The position numbers and the translations under genes are program-made. Below the pieces are notes generated by a model. It did not search any database. It was not told the origin of the DNA and saw only the letters and a list, made by a program, of their open reading frames with translations. A stretch of DNA of 64,000 bases from a virus: positions 58,896-122,895 of IMG/VR virus record IMGVR_UViG_3300036770_008700; one strand, written 5' to 3'. This document shows positions 1-10,642 of this stretch, one piece after another (within the stretch, counting starts at the first letter, position 1; the number at the start of each line of letters is the position of its first letter).

Positions 1-1
1 C

Positions 2-1015
2 TTTACCAACAAAGTAAACATGAATTTTTGTTGTGGCTGTTACAAGGTCTGGATTTAAAGGCGTCGGTATAGCATCTGGAAACAATGGAAGTAATGGTGA
101 GTTGTTGGCTACGCTAAACACACCAAAGTCAACAACGTCCAGCTTTGTTACTTTACCGTTTGCCATCTCAAACATTTGTCCAACAATTCTGTTGGTGATT
201 GTTGTTTCACTAAATCCAATTGTTGTGCGTTGTAGTTGAACACGCTCTTGAACTGTACCATTCGCAACAACAATGTTGTTAAACTCGTTCTTTAAATCAC
301 TGAATGTTAAGATCTGACGGTTACCGTTAATGGCACCTGCATAGTTTCCTATAGGTTGTGTAGCTGCGCTAGCACCATCTGCTCTATTAACAGGAGGCAA
401 ATAGGAAAAGTTGTCTATGTGAGATAACCTGCGGTCAAAGAAAAGGTTTTCTGTACCCTCTAAATTACCAACTGTTACACCTCCAGCTAATATAGAGTTG
501 TTTGTTATATGGTAGGTTACCGAACTAGTGGTAACGATAAACTCATCACGATTGGTATAAAGCAAGTCAGGACTTTTCAATATCATTAACTTGCGAAAGT
601 TGTTGGTGTTGTCTCCAAGAACCGTTGATGCAACAGAAGCAAAAGTCGCAGAACTTGATAGAATCTCTGGCGTGCCATTCTCCCAGCCCTTAACAAGTTG
701 TCCACCTATAACACGAACTGTACCTTGAGAGCTTGTAAAATAGTTGTTGTTGCCGGAAACTCTTAAACCACCACTATCATCTGCTTCAAAGGTAATTTGA
801 TCTTGTGGAAGTGGAAAAGCTTCAAAGGTTAAAATGGTTCTTATGCTGGAATCTGGAACTGTACCTGTGACGTATGTATCTAATGATGAATACACAGCAC
901 TAGAATCACCAAACGAATAAAATGCTGGGATAAACTGACCTGTTCCTAGTTGTCTTCTACCTTCATCTGTGATGATGGTATCTAAGATTCTTGTTTTGTT
1001 GTCAATAAGTCCCAT
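2..1015 (-). CDS. Putative virion structural protein, 3' end runs off the window (absent from the ORF track)
   Basis: ATG at 1015 reads MGLIDNKTRILDTIITDEGRRQLG...; same frame at the window edge reads ...HVYFVGK; starts 1 nt after the upstream stop; the middle was not fully translated by hand. Confidence 0.75.
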   Translation of the reverse strand, partial: MGLIDNKTRILDTIITDEGRRQLGTGQFIPAFYSFGDSSAVYSSLDTYVTGTVPDSSIRTILTFEAFPLPQDQITFEADDSGGLRVSGNNNYFTSSQGTVRVIGGQLVKGWENGTPEILSSSATFASVASTVLGDNTNNFRKLMILKSPDLLYTNRDEFIVTTSSVTYHITNNSILAGGVTVGNLEGTENLFFDRRLSHIDNFSYLPPVNRADGASAATQPIGNYAGAINGNRQILTFSDLKNEFNNIVVANGTVQERVQLQRTTIGFSETTITNRIVGQMFEMANGKVTKLDVVDFGVFSVANNSPLLPLFPDAIPTPLNPDLVTATTKIHVYFVGK

Positions 1016-1016
1016 T

Positions 1017-2243
1017 TTATGTTCCTACTCTTGGATCATCGTCATGCCACGGTTGAGATGCACGATATTCCTTATCGAATATACCTGATCCATATGGATT
1101 AACTGTGTAAGCTGCTGTAACATTTGTAGATTGATATATTGATGCTGTAAGATAGTTGTTGCTTTCGCCGGATAAAGCACTTCCAGAGATGAAGTTTATA
1201 CCTCCATCTGTATCCATTGGTCCACCGATTTCTTTGTTGTTATATGTTTTTGTGTATGGCCTACCTTCAAGCATGTCTCTTGGTTGACCATAATGGTTTT
1301 GACGAAACACACAAGAAAAGTTGGTTGGAACACCGTTGTACAACCCATACTTCCAGCCTTCACAGTCTACTGTATAAGAAAGTTGATAGGAATAGTTTTC
1401 ATATGTACCAAGCGTTGAAGGCGCAGGAACAATTAAATCTACATAACTAGGCTTGATACCATAAACTAGTTTTCTGCCGAAATTATTCGTCATTGATCCG
1501 AAAAATAAGCCATAGGAATATTCATGCCAATCTTCTGGGAACAAAGGGTCAGTATATCCAGGGTCATAGTAACCAGGAATGTCCAGAAGGAGATCTAAGC
1601 TTTTTGTATATGGCGAGACTGTATCAATATATGCACTTCCAACTATGATACTCCTTTTGTTGAATGAAATATTTTGATTAGCAACTGTTTGAAATATGTT
1701 CTCAAATGAATAGTCTACTTCATAATAGTCAACTGTCAATTCGTATGTGTCACGATCAACACTTCTTGGTACGTAATTGTATTTCTTCTCAAACGGATAT
1801 GAATTAATCCATTCATAATTGCTAACAACACCGCTATCACTTCCAGTAATAGCTGGAAAAGAGCTAGTTGCGAATAAAATCCACAAAAAATCTACACCGG
1901 CCCCAGCAAAGTCTCGATCTACAGCTGGTTTACCTGCGCCATATGTGCCTGTTGCATGCAAACTGATGACATCAGGAACAAAACTATCTTCTATTTGTTG
2001 TGTGCTGCTTGCGATTCGCAAGTATCGAACTTCGCCGGACTTATAGAAAGGATGTGTCCGCTGGTATACGAAATCGCTTGCAACAGTCGCAGCTTTAAAT
2101 TCTTCCGAACCACTTACAACACTCCCAGAAACTGCTCTAAGCCATGTTGTATCACCCATTTTTGGTTTTGGTGGACCAACAAGAATATTATCTGAGTAGC
2201 TTTTATAGTAAGAGAATCTATTTTCTACGTCGTAGATTGGCAT
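1017..2243 (-). CDS. Putative virion (baseplate/tail) structural protein
   Basis: 408 aa; Y/S/T/G-rich; structural operon; TAGTTA 5 nt upstream of ATG. Confidence 0.6.
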   Translation of the reverse strand: MPIYDVENRFSYYKSYSDNILVGPPKPKMGDTTWLRAVSGSVVSGSEEFKAATVASDFVYQRTHPFYKSGEVRYLRIASSTQQIEDSFVPDVISLHATGTYGAGKPAVDRDFAGAGVDFLWILFATSSFPAITGSDSGVVSNYEWINSYPFEKKYNYVPRSVDRDTYELTVDYYEVDYSFENIFQTVANQNISFNKRSIIVGSAYIDTVSPYTKSLDLLLDIPGYYDPGYTDPLFPEDWHEYSYGLFFGSMTNNFGRKLVYGIKPSYVDLIVPAPSTLGTYENYSYQLSYTVDCEGWKYGLYNGVPTNFSCVFRQNHYGQPRDMLEGRPYTKTYNNKEIGGPMDTDGGINFISGSALSGESNNYLTASIYQSTNVTAAYTVNPYGSGIFDKEYRASQPWHDDDPRVGT

Positions 2244-2251
2244 GATAGTAA

Positions 2252-4528
2252 CTATTCTCCAATCACTTCATGAACGCTGTTTGAAGAAAGAAGCTGATTT
2301 AATGTATCATGATATTCTTCAAGTTGATTTGTTTCTGGATTAAGTCTTAATGTTGATCCGTAAAGAATGATTTTGTTGACACCAGTTGTGAGAAAACTTA
2401 AACTGTTACTGCTTATAGCATTATCATTATCCCAAGGTAGTTGAAATCCGAATGTGAGCTTATCTGTTGGTAGCAATATATAAGGATTGGGTTTTGTATA
2501 TACGTTGTTGATTGCGATGGGATTATCATAGTTATTTATGAAATACGAGCCGTTGCCTATGATATTTGGTGAACTAAATGTGCTAACCCAATCCCGACCG
2601 TTCGCTGGTTCAATTTGATTTCTACCTGATAGATTAAGTGTTGGAATGACATATCTGCTGTTTGGGAACGAGATAGTAGAGCCAGAAAAAATATAAGCAA
2701 CGCCTTCTTCAAAAGCTACAGAGGATTTAACAGAAGAACTCATTATCCACTGGCCATTAAAAAATGTTCCATTATCATTCGGAATTATAAGTTCTCTTTT
2801 TAAGTATCCTGCACTGTCTCCAGAGGCTGAGAGAGCCATTTGAATGATATCAACCACATCATTTATGGTTGATGTTGTCAATGACGACGTAGTAAAAGTG
2901 GAAGGAGCACTGGAGCCACCAAATTGATACTGTATATTTTGAGGAAGAGAAGGCTTGTTTTGCAAATAAGGTCTTTGGTTTAAAAGAAAAAATGTCCAAA
3001 TAGCTGGAGAAAACGGCGATTTACCTGGTAAATAGATTGAACTGCTTATTTCTAAGCATATTTTTTCCAACATGAATGGTTCAGACAAATAATCACTCAT
3101 GTTTATTTGCTGTGAACTGGTTGCTTGGAATTTTGGATGATATGGAAAACCAAAATTGCTGATCTGCCTACCATACAAATTGTATTGCTGCGGTAAACCC
3201 GATACAACGCCACCATAATCAATCGAACTATGAAAACCAAAAGTTTGCTCATCTAAAGAATTCTTTAAACCGTTTAAATCTCCCGAGTAACTATCAATAC
3301 CTTTCCCTGTTCCTATGCCCTCATAAAGCTTTGTGTTAGGATTCCAATATCCCATTGGATAACTTCCAACACTTGCGCTCTTGTAAAGAGTAAATGTTTG
3401 TTCTGCGGCTGGAGTTATATCAATCTCTATTCTATTCTTGCTCCAAAGAGGCTGTTGAAATCCTAAACCTGTTGTTTCAACCAAGCTACCTGTTGCAAAA
3501 AACTGATAATTCGAACTTGTTACGTTCGATATTTTTGCATCAACTTCTGGATTTGCAAAGTCTTGAAAAGGTTCTATGTCTTGTCCTGGTGTAAACGTAA
3601 CAAACGTATCAGATACGTCTTTCTTCATACTCCCAGAAGCTACAATAGGTCGATTAAAGATCTCAGAACCAGAGAAGTATGGCTGTTTGTATAAGTCATT
3701 CTTAGCTTCTTCTGATAGTCCTGCATCAATAGCTTGAGGAGTCATAACAAGGGGATAAACAATACCCTTTACATCAACACTTGCAGTTGTTGGACCAAAA
3801 CCCATGTACTGCAAAGTTATAATGCCATTTACAGTTGAACTGCCAGTAACTTGAATTGATGTGTTTGTACTACCACTTAAACTAGAAGATATATCAGCTA
3901 GATTACTGTTCGTCGAATCATAAAACGTCACATAATTGTTTGTTGGTATCGTTCCAAAATCTGAAAACGTAACGTATGCGTTATTGGTATCTTTAAATTG
4001 AACATTTTGATTAACGACCAATGAGTATTGGTCGGTATATCTTGGAGAACGAAGTACGTTTACCGGTGTTCCTGCGGTTGACTGATAAATCGCACGATAT
4101 GCAAAGGTTCCTTCGAACGGTGCAGAAAAATTAACGTATGACCCAGTAACAGTTTGATCCTTTATGAAAGCATTTACAGTTGGTGTGTTAGGATTGCTTG
4201 TTAATTCTGTGATAACAACTGTGGGTAAACCAACAAAAGGATTGTCAAAAACAATACTATAAGACGAGGATGGATATCCCAGAGAACCAACAGTTACAAC
4301 CTTCTCTTCATAGTCTGGATAAGTTGTAACAAAAATTCCAGCATCTGTAACAGGTTGATTGAATCGTATAACCTTGTCATCATTAAAGAAAACAGGATAA
4401 CGACCTGTACGGTTATCACTTGATGTTCTCCATACTGTTGGAAAGCTACCTGTTGCATCTTGTCTTTGTGACAATAATACTTTGGAAGGTAATCCTCTCG
4501 CTCTTGTTCCTTTAAGAGTTCTTGCCAT
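2252..4528 (-). CDS. Putative tail/baseplate structural protein
   Basis: 758 aa; S/T/N-rich beta-type sequence; operon context. Confidence 0.6.
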   Translation of the reverse strand: MARTLKGTRARGLPSKVLLSQRQDATGSFPTVWRTSSDNRTGRYPVFFNDDKVIRFNQPVTDAGIFVTTYPDYEEKVVTVGSLGYPSSSYSIVFDNPFVGLPTVVITELTSNPNTPTVNAFIKDQTVTGSYVNFSAPFEGTFAYRAIYQSTAGTPVNVLRSPRYTDQYSLVVNQNVQFKDTNNAYVTFSDFGTIPTNNYVTFYDSTNSNLADISSSLSGSTNTSIQVTGSSTVNGIITLQYMGFGPTTASVDVKGIVYPLVMTPQAIDAGLSEEAKNDLYKQPYFSGSEIFNRPIVASGSMKKDVSDTFVTFTPGQDIEPFQDFANPEVDAKISNVTSSNYQFFATGSLVETTGLGFQQPLWSKNRIEIDITPAAEQTFTLYKSASVGSYPMGYWNPNTKLYEGIGTGKGIDSYSGDLNGLKNSLDEQTFGFHSSIDYGGVVSGLPQQYNLYGRQISNFGFPYHPKFQATSSQQINMSDYLSEPFMLEKICLEISSSIYLPGKSPFSPAIWTFFLLNQRPYLQNKPSLPQNIQYQFGGSSAPSTFTTSSLTTSTINDVVDIIQMALSASGDSAGYLKRELIIPNDNGTFFNGQWIMSSSVKSSVAFEEGVAYIFSGSTISFPNSRYVIPTLNLSGRNQIEPANGRDWVSTFSSPNIIGNGSYFINNYDNPIAINNVYTKPNPYILLPTDKLTFGFQLPWDNDNAISSNSLSFLTTGVNKIILYGSTLRLNPETNQLEEYHDTLNQLLSSNSVHEVIGE

Positions 4529-4536
4529 GTTGTTAG

Positions 4537-5574
4537 TTATGCTCCACGATAATATCCACCAAATGCAACAGAATCCGTGCCATACAAAGCAACGTTACCA
4601 TATGTGAATCCTGCTGTTGCACTTTTTTGATCTCTGGTTTGTAAGTTTGAATCACTTAAGCTATAATTTTCACTAAAAAATGGTTGTATAATGGAACCAA
4701 CAACTTCACCGCTTAAATTAACAACACTGGAAGTAACTTGAACACTCAATAAATCGGTTGTGTTTGTTAGTTCTGGAAAGAATGCACCATTAGGTTGATC
4801 AACCCAAGGTTCCATTTTTGGCTGAACTGTTTGATCCATAACGGCGTTAGGTCTTGTATCAATCACTCCAACAACACTGCCATTGCTAGCTGTAACAAGT
4901 ATGTATCCAGCACCATATTCCAAAAACGAACGAACCATTTTAGGTTCTTCACGATAAACCATTTGCTCAACAATATCGGTACCGAATCTACGTTCATCAC
5001 CAACGTTACCAGCTTCTAGAAAAGCATAGACACCACGGATTTGCTCTTGTGGACTTTCGTTGGTTGCAAGACGAAAAGGCATAGGAAACGGTTCTATAAT
5101 CGATTCCTCATAAAACTGTGGGCCACCATTCATGTAAATCGGATAAACATCATCTGCGTTCAAATAACCTTCAACAATAAGTCCAGATTCAATCAAGTAG
5201 TTTGTTGTTTTACTTATTCTTTTTCCATCAACCAATATAGTTCCGTCAACACCAACATGTGAATCGTTGAATATGGTATTGGAAGTGTATTGGATATAGT
5301 CTCCAGCTTGACCATATGTGATAAATGCAGACTGATGAGTTAACTCACCATTTGGCTTAACTTCATGGTCTTGTGTTCCATCTTCAAATATAGCCTTGAT
5401 TTGATTAGAGCTGTATATGTCTTGTATTGTTCGTAGGTTGACGCCTTCACGATATATGTCGATTTCTTTGGTTGGCATTCCTCCAGACACAACAAGGTTA
5501 CGATTGGTTTTACCGTAATAGTTTGCTATGTCAAAAAACGGTTTAAAAGATGTATCGTTAACCCAGTATGGCAT
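4537..5574 (-). CDS. Putative virion structural protein
   Basis: 345 aa; C-terminal SATAGFTYG...GTDSVAFGG; operon context. Confidence 0.55.
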   Translation of the reverse strand: MPYWVNDTSFKPFFDIANYYGKTNRNLVVSGGMPTKEIDIYREGVNLRTIQDIYSSNQIKAIFEDGTQDHEVKPNGELTHQSAFITYGQAGDYIQYTSNTIFNDSHVGVDGTILVDGKRISKTTNYLIESGLIVEGYLNADDVYPIYMNGGPQFYEESIIEPFPMPFRLATNESPQEQIRGVYAFLEAGNVGDERRFGTDIVEQMVYREEPKMVRSFLEYGAGYILVTASNGSVVGVIDTRPNAVMDQTVQPKMEPWVDQPNGAFFPELTNTTDLLSVQVTSSVVNLSGEVVGSIIQPFFSENYSLSDSNLQTRDQKSATAGFTYGNVALYGTDSVAFGGYYRGA

Positions 5575-5586
5575 GGTTGGTTATCC

Positions 5587-8500
5587 TTAGTATTTCTTAA
5601 GTACACCAGTGAAAAGTTGCAGCAAAAGAACTTCTTTTTGACGGTTTCTATTGTTTTCTCCAAGATAGATATCCTCAAAGTGATATTCAAGCTTTGGACG
5701 TTCGAGCATGTGAGATTGAATCACATAGTTGATACCTTGAAACTTTGTTTTTCTTGGTAACAACTGTGCAATAAATCTACCCATGTTTGTGTTAAACCAT
5801 TGATAAAAATCAAAGAAACCACGAACATTCAACTTGTCTGTTAAACGGTTGAAATATATGTCTCTTAAGGATTCTAAATCTGGATAATCTGGAGAAAACA
5901 TCATGTTGGGGTCACCAAGTATGTTGTTAAACACCTCAAGAGAAGAAAACATTCCAATCATGTCTTGGTTAAGAGAATCAACAATAGAGAAATCAATGCT
6001 GAACTTTGCATTGTCTTGTGGGATTTGTTCTTGTTGAATTTCGTACACTGGAGCCATTTGAGAGTACATTCCAACGTCTTGGTCTACGAAGTCCAAGCTT
6101 TGATAGCTTCTTACACGAACCTTTTGATCGGTAACAGCTTCGTCAAAGTTTGGTGAGATAAACGAGTAATAAAAACGTTCGGGAACAATTACGTCTTTAG
6201 AGTTTGGAAACAATGTACCAGTAGCATGTAGCTCATGCTGAGAGAAATCAAATATTTGAATCCCGCCTGTTACATCAGTTTTTAGCTCGATTTGATCGGT
6301 ATTCCAATCAGCTCTTAGTTTCTCAAATGAACCGCTTCTAAAGTTTTCGAAGTTAAAGTTAACTCTTGGGTCTTCAACACCAAGAGACTTGTAATCTCTA
6401 ACGTGTTCTCTCCATTCATCTAGTGTTAAAGCTTTGCTCCACCAACGTAGCTGTGTAACTTTACCATCAAACGTTTGAAGTGAGTTTTCATTAACAAAAT
6501 CTGTGGTTGTTGCAATTGTTGTGCTACCACTACCAATAGCTAAAAATGAACCTGATGTGTTGTATGTTGCACTGCGAACTTGCCATAAGTTGTTTGCTGA
6601 GTTTGTTCCAAAGTTATCATCAAACAAAGAACTGGTAACATATTCTTCAACAATACTTCCAAGGTTATTTCTACCAATGCGAAGAAAGTATGAAGAAGAA
6701 ACTTGGCTTATGGAGTCTCCACGTTCTCTACCAAAGCTGATGTTCCAAGCTTGACCACTCAATATGTCTGGTGTTGTTATGCTCATGGTAAGAGCGGTTG
6801 CACCAATCGTAGAGTTTGGACGAACATATAACGTTACACCAGAACCACTTGTAGCATACAAGTTAGCTAACACGTTTTCTGTATTCCCAGAACCAGAACT
6901 CACAATGCGTACAAGACTTTGAATAGAAGATGTACTAGGCAAACCAGCGTAGTTGTATATGCCTTCGTATGTCCATGAACCACTGGTAAATAAACCATCG
7001 TTAACGTCTGTGGTATCTATATTATGACCTGTAGTTGGATCTACAACGAACGTTCCCACAGGTGTTGGATAGCCTGGTTCTACTCTACTTCCAGAAAGAT
7101 AAGGAGACTTAAAGTAACCACCGCTAACAAAGCTTAACGCTGTACCTATTTCATTTCTTGACTCTCTTAAAGAATCAAGAGTGCGTTGTGTTGGCCCACC
7201 ATATTCCTTAAATCTAAAGATGTTGTCACCATCAATGCCAACAGCACGTAACAAAGCTTTAATACTGTGAATGGTACCTTTGCTTTTAAGAATATCGTTA
7301 GCGTTAATCAATATTCTGCGCCAGATTTGGTTTTGAAGGTATTGAAGAGTGTATTCGCTGTTAACAATGTTTGGTGTTACGTTGTTACCATTAACAAACT
7401 GACTAACATCTGAACCAATAAACAAAGGTGGAAGATCCAAACCATAAAAGTCAGCAAGTTGTTTTAGGAATGCATCTGGCACTGTATCATATTGATCGTA
7501 ATCAACATGTCTTATTGTTGAAAAGGCATCAAGAAACAACTTGATTTCATCAAAAAAGCTTGCCCACATATAAAGCAAGCTTAGTAAAGTTTGTGTACTA
7601 CCAAGAGCTACTGTGTTTGGTTCTGAACCATATTGCAGCTCATTGATTTGACCTTCTTCGGAGTCTAGTGCAGCTTGTTCTTGTCCGTATGTAAAGTATT
7701 GTTTTGGTACAAGTTTAGTAATAATGTTTGGATTAAAAGAGTCGTATGAAGCTCCGTCAGATATAAGGTTTTCACGGTATGTTATGACTTCTGGTTGATC
7801 TGGAAACAATATCGGGCACATTCTTATATCTTCGTAAATCATTGGGCTGGAGCCCATGTAAGAACCAGTGTTAATGTTTCTTACCTTAAGAGTGTTTAAT
7901 GCATAGCTGTTTAGGGTACCATGCATACCTTTACCAGAGTGATCCAACACAAGGTTGCTTGCTGATCCACTAGGCTCATTAAACTTAAAGTAAAGAGCTA
8001 AATCTGGTTCAGCATATATGCTGCTGCTTTGGTATGATATCATTTCATTTGTTGAAACAATTCGTTTAAAGTAACGCAGTTCATCCAAAGCACCAGAAAA
8101 GGTTGTTTCTGGGACAAATAGTGGAGAAGTTATGTTGCTACCGGTACCTACGAACAAGCTTGCTGTTGCAAAGTTCAAGCTTTTTATTGTTACTTGGCTA
8201 CTTGTTGCAACCAATGAACCGCTAACATAGCCGTATAACTGGTTGACTCCACTTGTACGATCCCAAGTAAACGTAACAGGTGTCCAATTGCCTTTAACAA
8301 GGCTTATAGAGGCCGACATTACATCTGTTGACCCAGACACCACAAAGAAAGTTAAGGGCGCTGTAGCCCCCGTAGAACTCGATAGAAAGCATCCAAAGCC
8401 ATGCTGTTCGGTTCCTGTTACTGTGTTAAGTTTTTGAAATACTATTTGGTTGGTGTTTGAGCCTGTAGCAGCATAGATTTGAAACTGAAAGCTTATTGAA

Positions 8501-9042
8501 CTGCTTGTTGGATCAAGCCTGCTAGCACCGTTTGGATTCTTGGTGAGAAATGGAAACGTTGTTCCAGCAGAATCTTTTACTGTAATCCAAGTTCCTTTTG
8601 TTGTTGTATCACCAACGTTGCTACCAGAAAAAAAGAGATAACCCTTGTTTTTTGGCATGTTGTCGTAAACATAACGTTCAAAACCTGTCATTTGGTCAAA
8701 AAACAATTCGGTTTCTTTTTTGGTTCCATCAAAAGGATATCTATCAAAGATTTTGTTAAACGCTGAGTTAACTTTTACTTGAGCACTGTTGAAAAACACA
8801 TGGTTTTCAAACAAACTCCAATCAACATTTAACTGTTGAGTGCTTTTGATACCAGAACCAATAGGATCATAACGAAAACTACCTGTTTCTGCAACAGGTG
8901 CATTTGCTAAAAACTCTGCGTTTTCTGTTGAAAACGATGTTAAACCACCATCTGGATTTGTTATTCCACGAACAAGCGTTGGACTAAAAACCCCTGGTCT
9001 AACACGAACCAGTCTTTGAGTTGGTGACAATAATGTTGTCAT
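5587..9042 (-). CDS. Baseplate protein with LamG/concanavalin-like domains
   Basis: LamG-type FSGALDELRYF and LYFKFNE; VPDAFLKQLADFYG...LKSKGTIHSIKALLR resembles baseplate wedge/P2 gpI-like segments. Confidence 0.7.
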   Translation of the reverse strand: MTTLLSPTQRLVRVRPGVFSPTLVRGITNPDGGLTSFSTENAEFLANAPVAETGSFRYDPIGSGIKSTQQLNVDWSLFENHVFFNSAQVKVNSAFNKIFDRYPFDGTKKETELFFDQMTGFERYVYDNMPKNKGYLFFSGSNVGDTTTKGTWITVKDSAGTTFPFLTKNPNGASRLDPTSSSISFQFQIYAATGSNTNQIVFQKLNTVTGTEQHGFGCFLSSSTGATAPLTFFVVSGSTDVMSASISLVKGNWTPVTFTWDRTSGVNQLYGYVSGSLVATSSQVTIKSLNFATASLFVGTGSNITSPLFVPETTFSGALDELRYFKRIVSTNEMISYQSSSIYAEPDLALYFKFNEPSGSASNLVLDHSGKGMHGTLNSYALNTLKVRNINTGSYMGSSPMIYEDIRMCPILFPDQPEVITYRENLISDGASYDSFNPNIITKLVPKQYFTYGQEQAALDSEEGQINELQYGSEPNTVALGSTQTLLSLLYMWASFFDEIKLFLDAFSTIRHVDYDQYDTVPDAFLKQLADFYGLDLPPLFIGSDVSQFVNGNNVTPNIVNSEYTLQYLQNQIWRRILINANDILKSKGTIHSIKALLRAVGIDGDNIFRFKEYGGPTQRTLDSLRESRNEIGTALSFVSGGYFKSPYLSGSRVEPGYPTPVGTFVVDPTTGHNIDTTDVNDGLFTSGSWTYEGIYNYAGLPSTSSIQSLVRIVSSGSGNTENVLANLYATSGSGVTLYVRPNSTIGATALTMSITTPDILSGQAWNISFGRERGDSISQVSSSYFLRIGRNNLGSIVEEYVTSSLFDDNFGTNSANNLWQVRSATYNTSGSFLAIGSGSTTIATTTDFVNENSLQTFDGKVTQLRWWSKALTLDEWREHVRDYKSLGVEDPRVNFNFENFRSGSFEKLRADWNTDQIELKTDVTGGIQIFDFSQHELHATGTLFPNSKDVIVPERFYYSFISPNFDEAVTDQKVRVRSYQSLDFVDQDVGMYSQMAPVYEIQQEQIPQDNAKFSIDFSIVDSLNQDMIGMFSSLEVFNNILGDPNMMFSPDYPDLESLRDIYFNRLTDKLNVRGFFDFYQWFNTNMGRFIAQLLPRKTKFQGINYVIQSHMLERPKLEYHFEDIYLGENNRNRQKEVLLLQLFTGVLKKY

Positions 9043-10634
9043 GCTGTTACAACCTTAAACTTAAAACCTTGATTTTCAATCAAGTAACTTTCATTGTTTT
9101 CTTTGATTAAGAACTGTATTTCTAAAGGTTTGTTGATTGGAAGGTCTTGCATGTACAAAGTAAAGTACATACCACCACCATCAGCCGACAACTTTGTACC
9201 AACATCATCAAATGGAATCAATATTTCCTTTGTAAATGGATCAATTAATCTCCAATACATTTTCTTAAACACTTTTGGTTTAGCGTTATATGGCAAGTAA
9301 AAGCTTTGAAGTGTTGGATCAAAGTCATACACAAAAACTTGAAGAGTTGTTGGTGCCGTGTTGATATAAGTTTCTTCAAGGTTGGTGATGTTAATACCAT
9401 AGTTTTGTGTGTTCACAATGGTCTTGTTACCTTGAAGCGCTCTTAGAGTTATACTTGACCCTGTAGCGAATATAACAGTATTATCCAGCGACTTCCAAAC
9501 AGATTTAAACTCTACGGAGTTGTCTGATCGTAACACCCCAGATAATCCTGCTATATTCAAAGGAATAAACACATCAGCATAATAACTTCCGGTTTGATAT
9601 AAACCACCGAAACTTATTTGAGAACCAGTAAAGCTTTGAGAAAAATAGTTCCAACTTGCTGAAGTGTAACTTATCGACATTGAATGACTGAAACTGTATG
9701 TTGTTGCTGTAACATACACACTCTTAGATGCAATAAGCTCAAGCTGAATGCTTCCAGAACCAGATACCTCAGTGCTGCCAGACATAAAGTTTGATTCAAC
9801 ACCAAATGGCGAATAATAGTAGCCTATTTTGTTTGGATAATCAAAAAACGATTGAACTTGGTTGTCGAAAAAGCTATCGTTGTATTTTACCACAAGTGCT
9901 GGATGTATATTCGTGTTTCTACTTTGTCTTGAGGAAAAACGTTTAACAAATCGTGTAACTGTGTCTGTTTCTTGTGAACCAGAATAAGCTATACGAAAAC
10001 CATAATCAGGTATTTCTCCTGTTATTGCAGCAGAAACTGCTGCTGTAACGTCAATAAAAAGGTCTTCGTCCCCTCTTGGAAAGCTTTGAGAGAATGATAG
10101 TGGAACATAACCAAGAATAGAAGAACCAGATAGATAATAGTCAGCATTAACGTCTGATGTGTCTCCAGCATATGTTATTCCACCACTTGTCCATGTGGTT
10201 ATGTTTGCACCATCAATAGAAGCTGTAAACCAGTTAACTGCATCTAAATCACGGTATCCAATAACGTCGTTACCTCTTCCTTCAGTAAAATCTTTTCCAA
10301 GAGGATTAACAACAAGCACAAAGTTTGATGGAACTGTTTGTCCACCATAAACGTTTTTCATGGACAAATAAGCTTTAAAACTTGGGTCTGTAACATCTAA
10401 CAAAGAACTTGTAAGAGCTTTAAGGGTAGTTAAATCAAAGTGAATAACACCACGACTTATCTCTATTCCAGATGTTCCACTAGCAACAGGAGTTACGTTG
10501 TACAACTTGAATAAATCAATTGTTCCAGCTTGACCTACATTAGCATCAGTACTGCGGGACAAAGCTGTTTTGCTGCTGAAAATAAGCTTGTTAGTAACGT
10601 AACTGTCTTTGTCAGCTTTAAGAATGCGATACAT
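9039..10634 (-). CDS. Baseplate-associated structural protein (DNRLRE-like N-terminus)
   Basis: ADKDSYV...SRGVIHFDL...PALVVKYND pattern; between baseplate genes; ATGA overlap. Confidence 0.55.
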   Translation of the reverse strand: MYRILKADKDSYVTNKLIFSSKTALSRSTDANVGQAGTIDLFKLYNVTPVASGTSGIEISRGVIHFDLTTLKALTSSLLDVTDPSFKAYLSMKNVYGGQTVPSNFVLVVNPLGKDFTEGRGNDVIGYRDLDAVNWFTASIDGANITTWTSGGITYAGDTSDVNADYYLSGSSILGYVPLSFSQSFPRGDEDLFIDVTAAVSAAITGEIPDYGFRIAYSGSQETDTVTRFVKRFSSRQSRNTNIHPALVVKYNDSFFDNQVQSFFDYPNKIGYYYSPFGVESNFMSGSTEVSGSGSIQLELIASKSVYVTATTYSFSHSMSISYTSASWNYFSQSFTGSQISFGGLYQTGSYYADVFIPLNIAGLSGVLRSDNSVEFKSVWKSLDNTVIFATGSSITLRALQGNKTIVNTQNYGINITNLEETYINTAPTTLQVFVYDFDPTLQSFYLPYNAKPKVFKKMYWRLIDPFTKEILIPFDDVGTKLSADGGGMYFTLYMQDLPINKPLEIQFLIKENNESYLIENQGFKFKVVTA

Positions 10635-10642
10635 GGTGTCTC

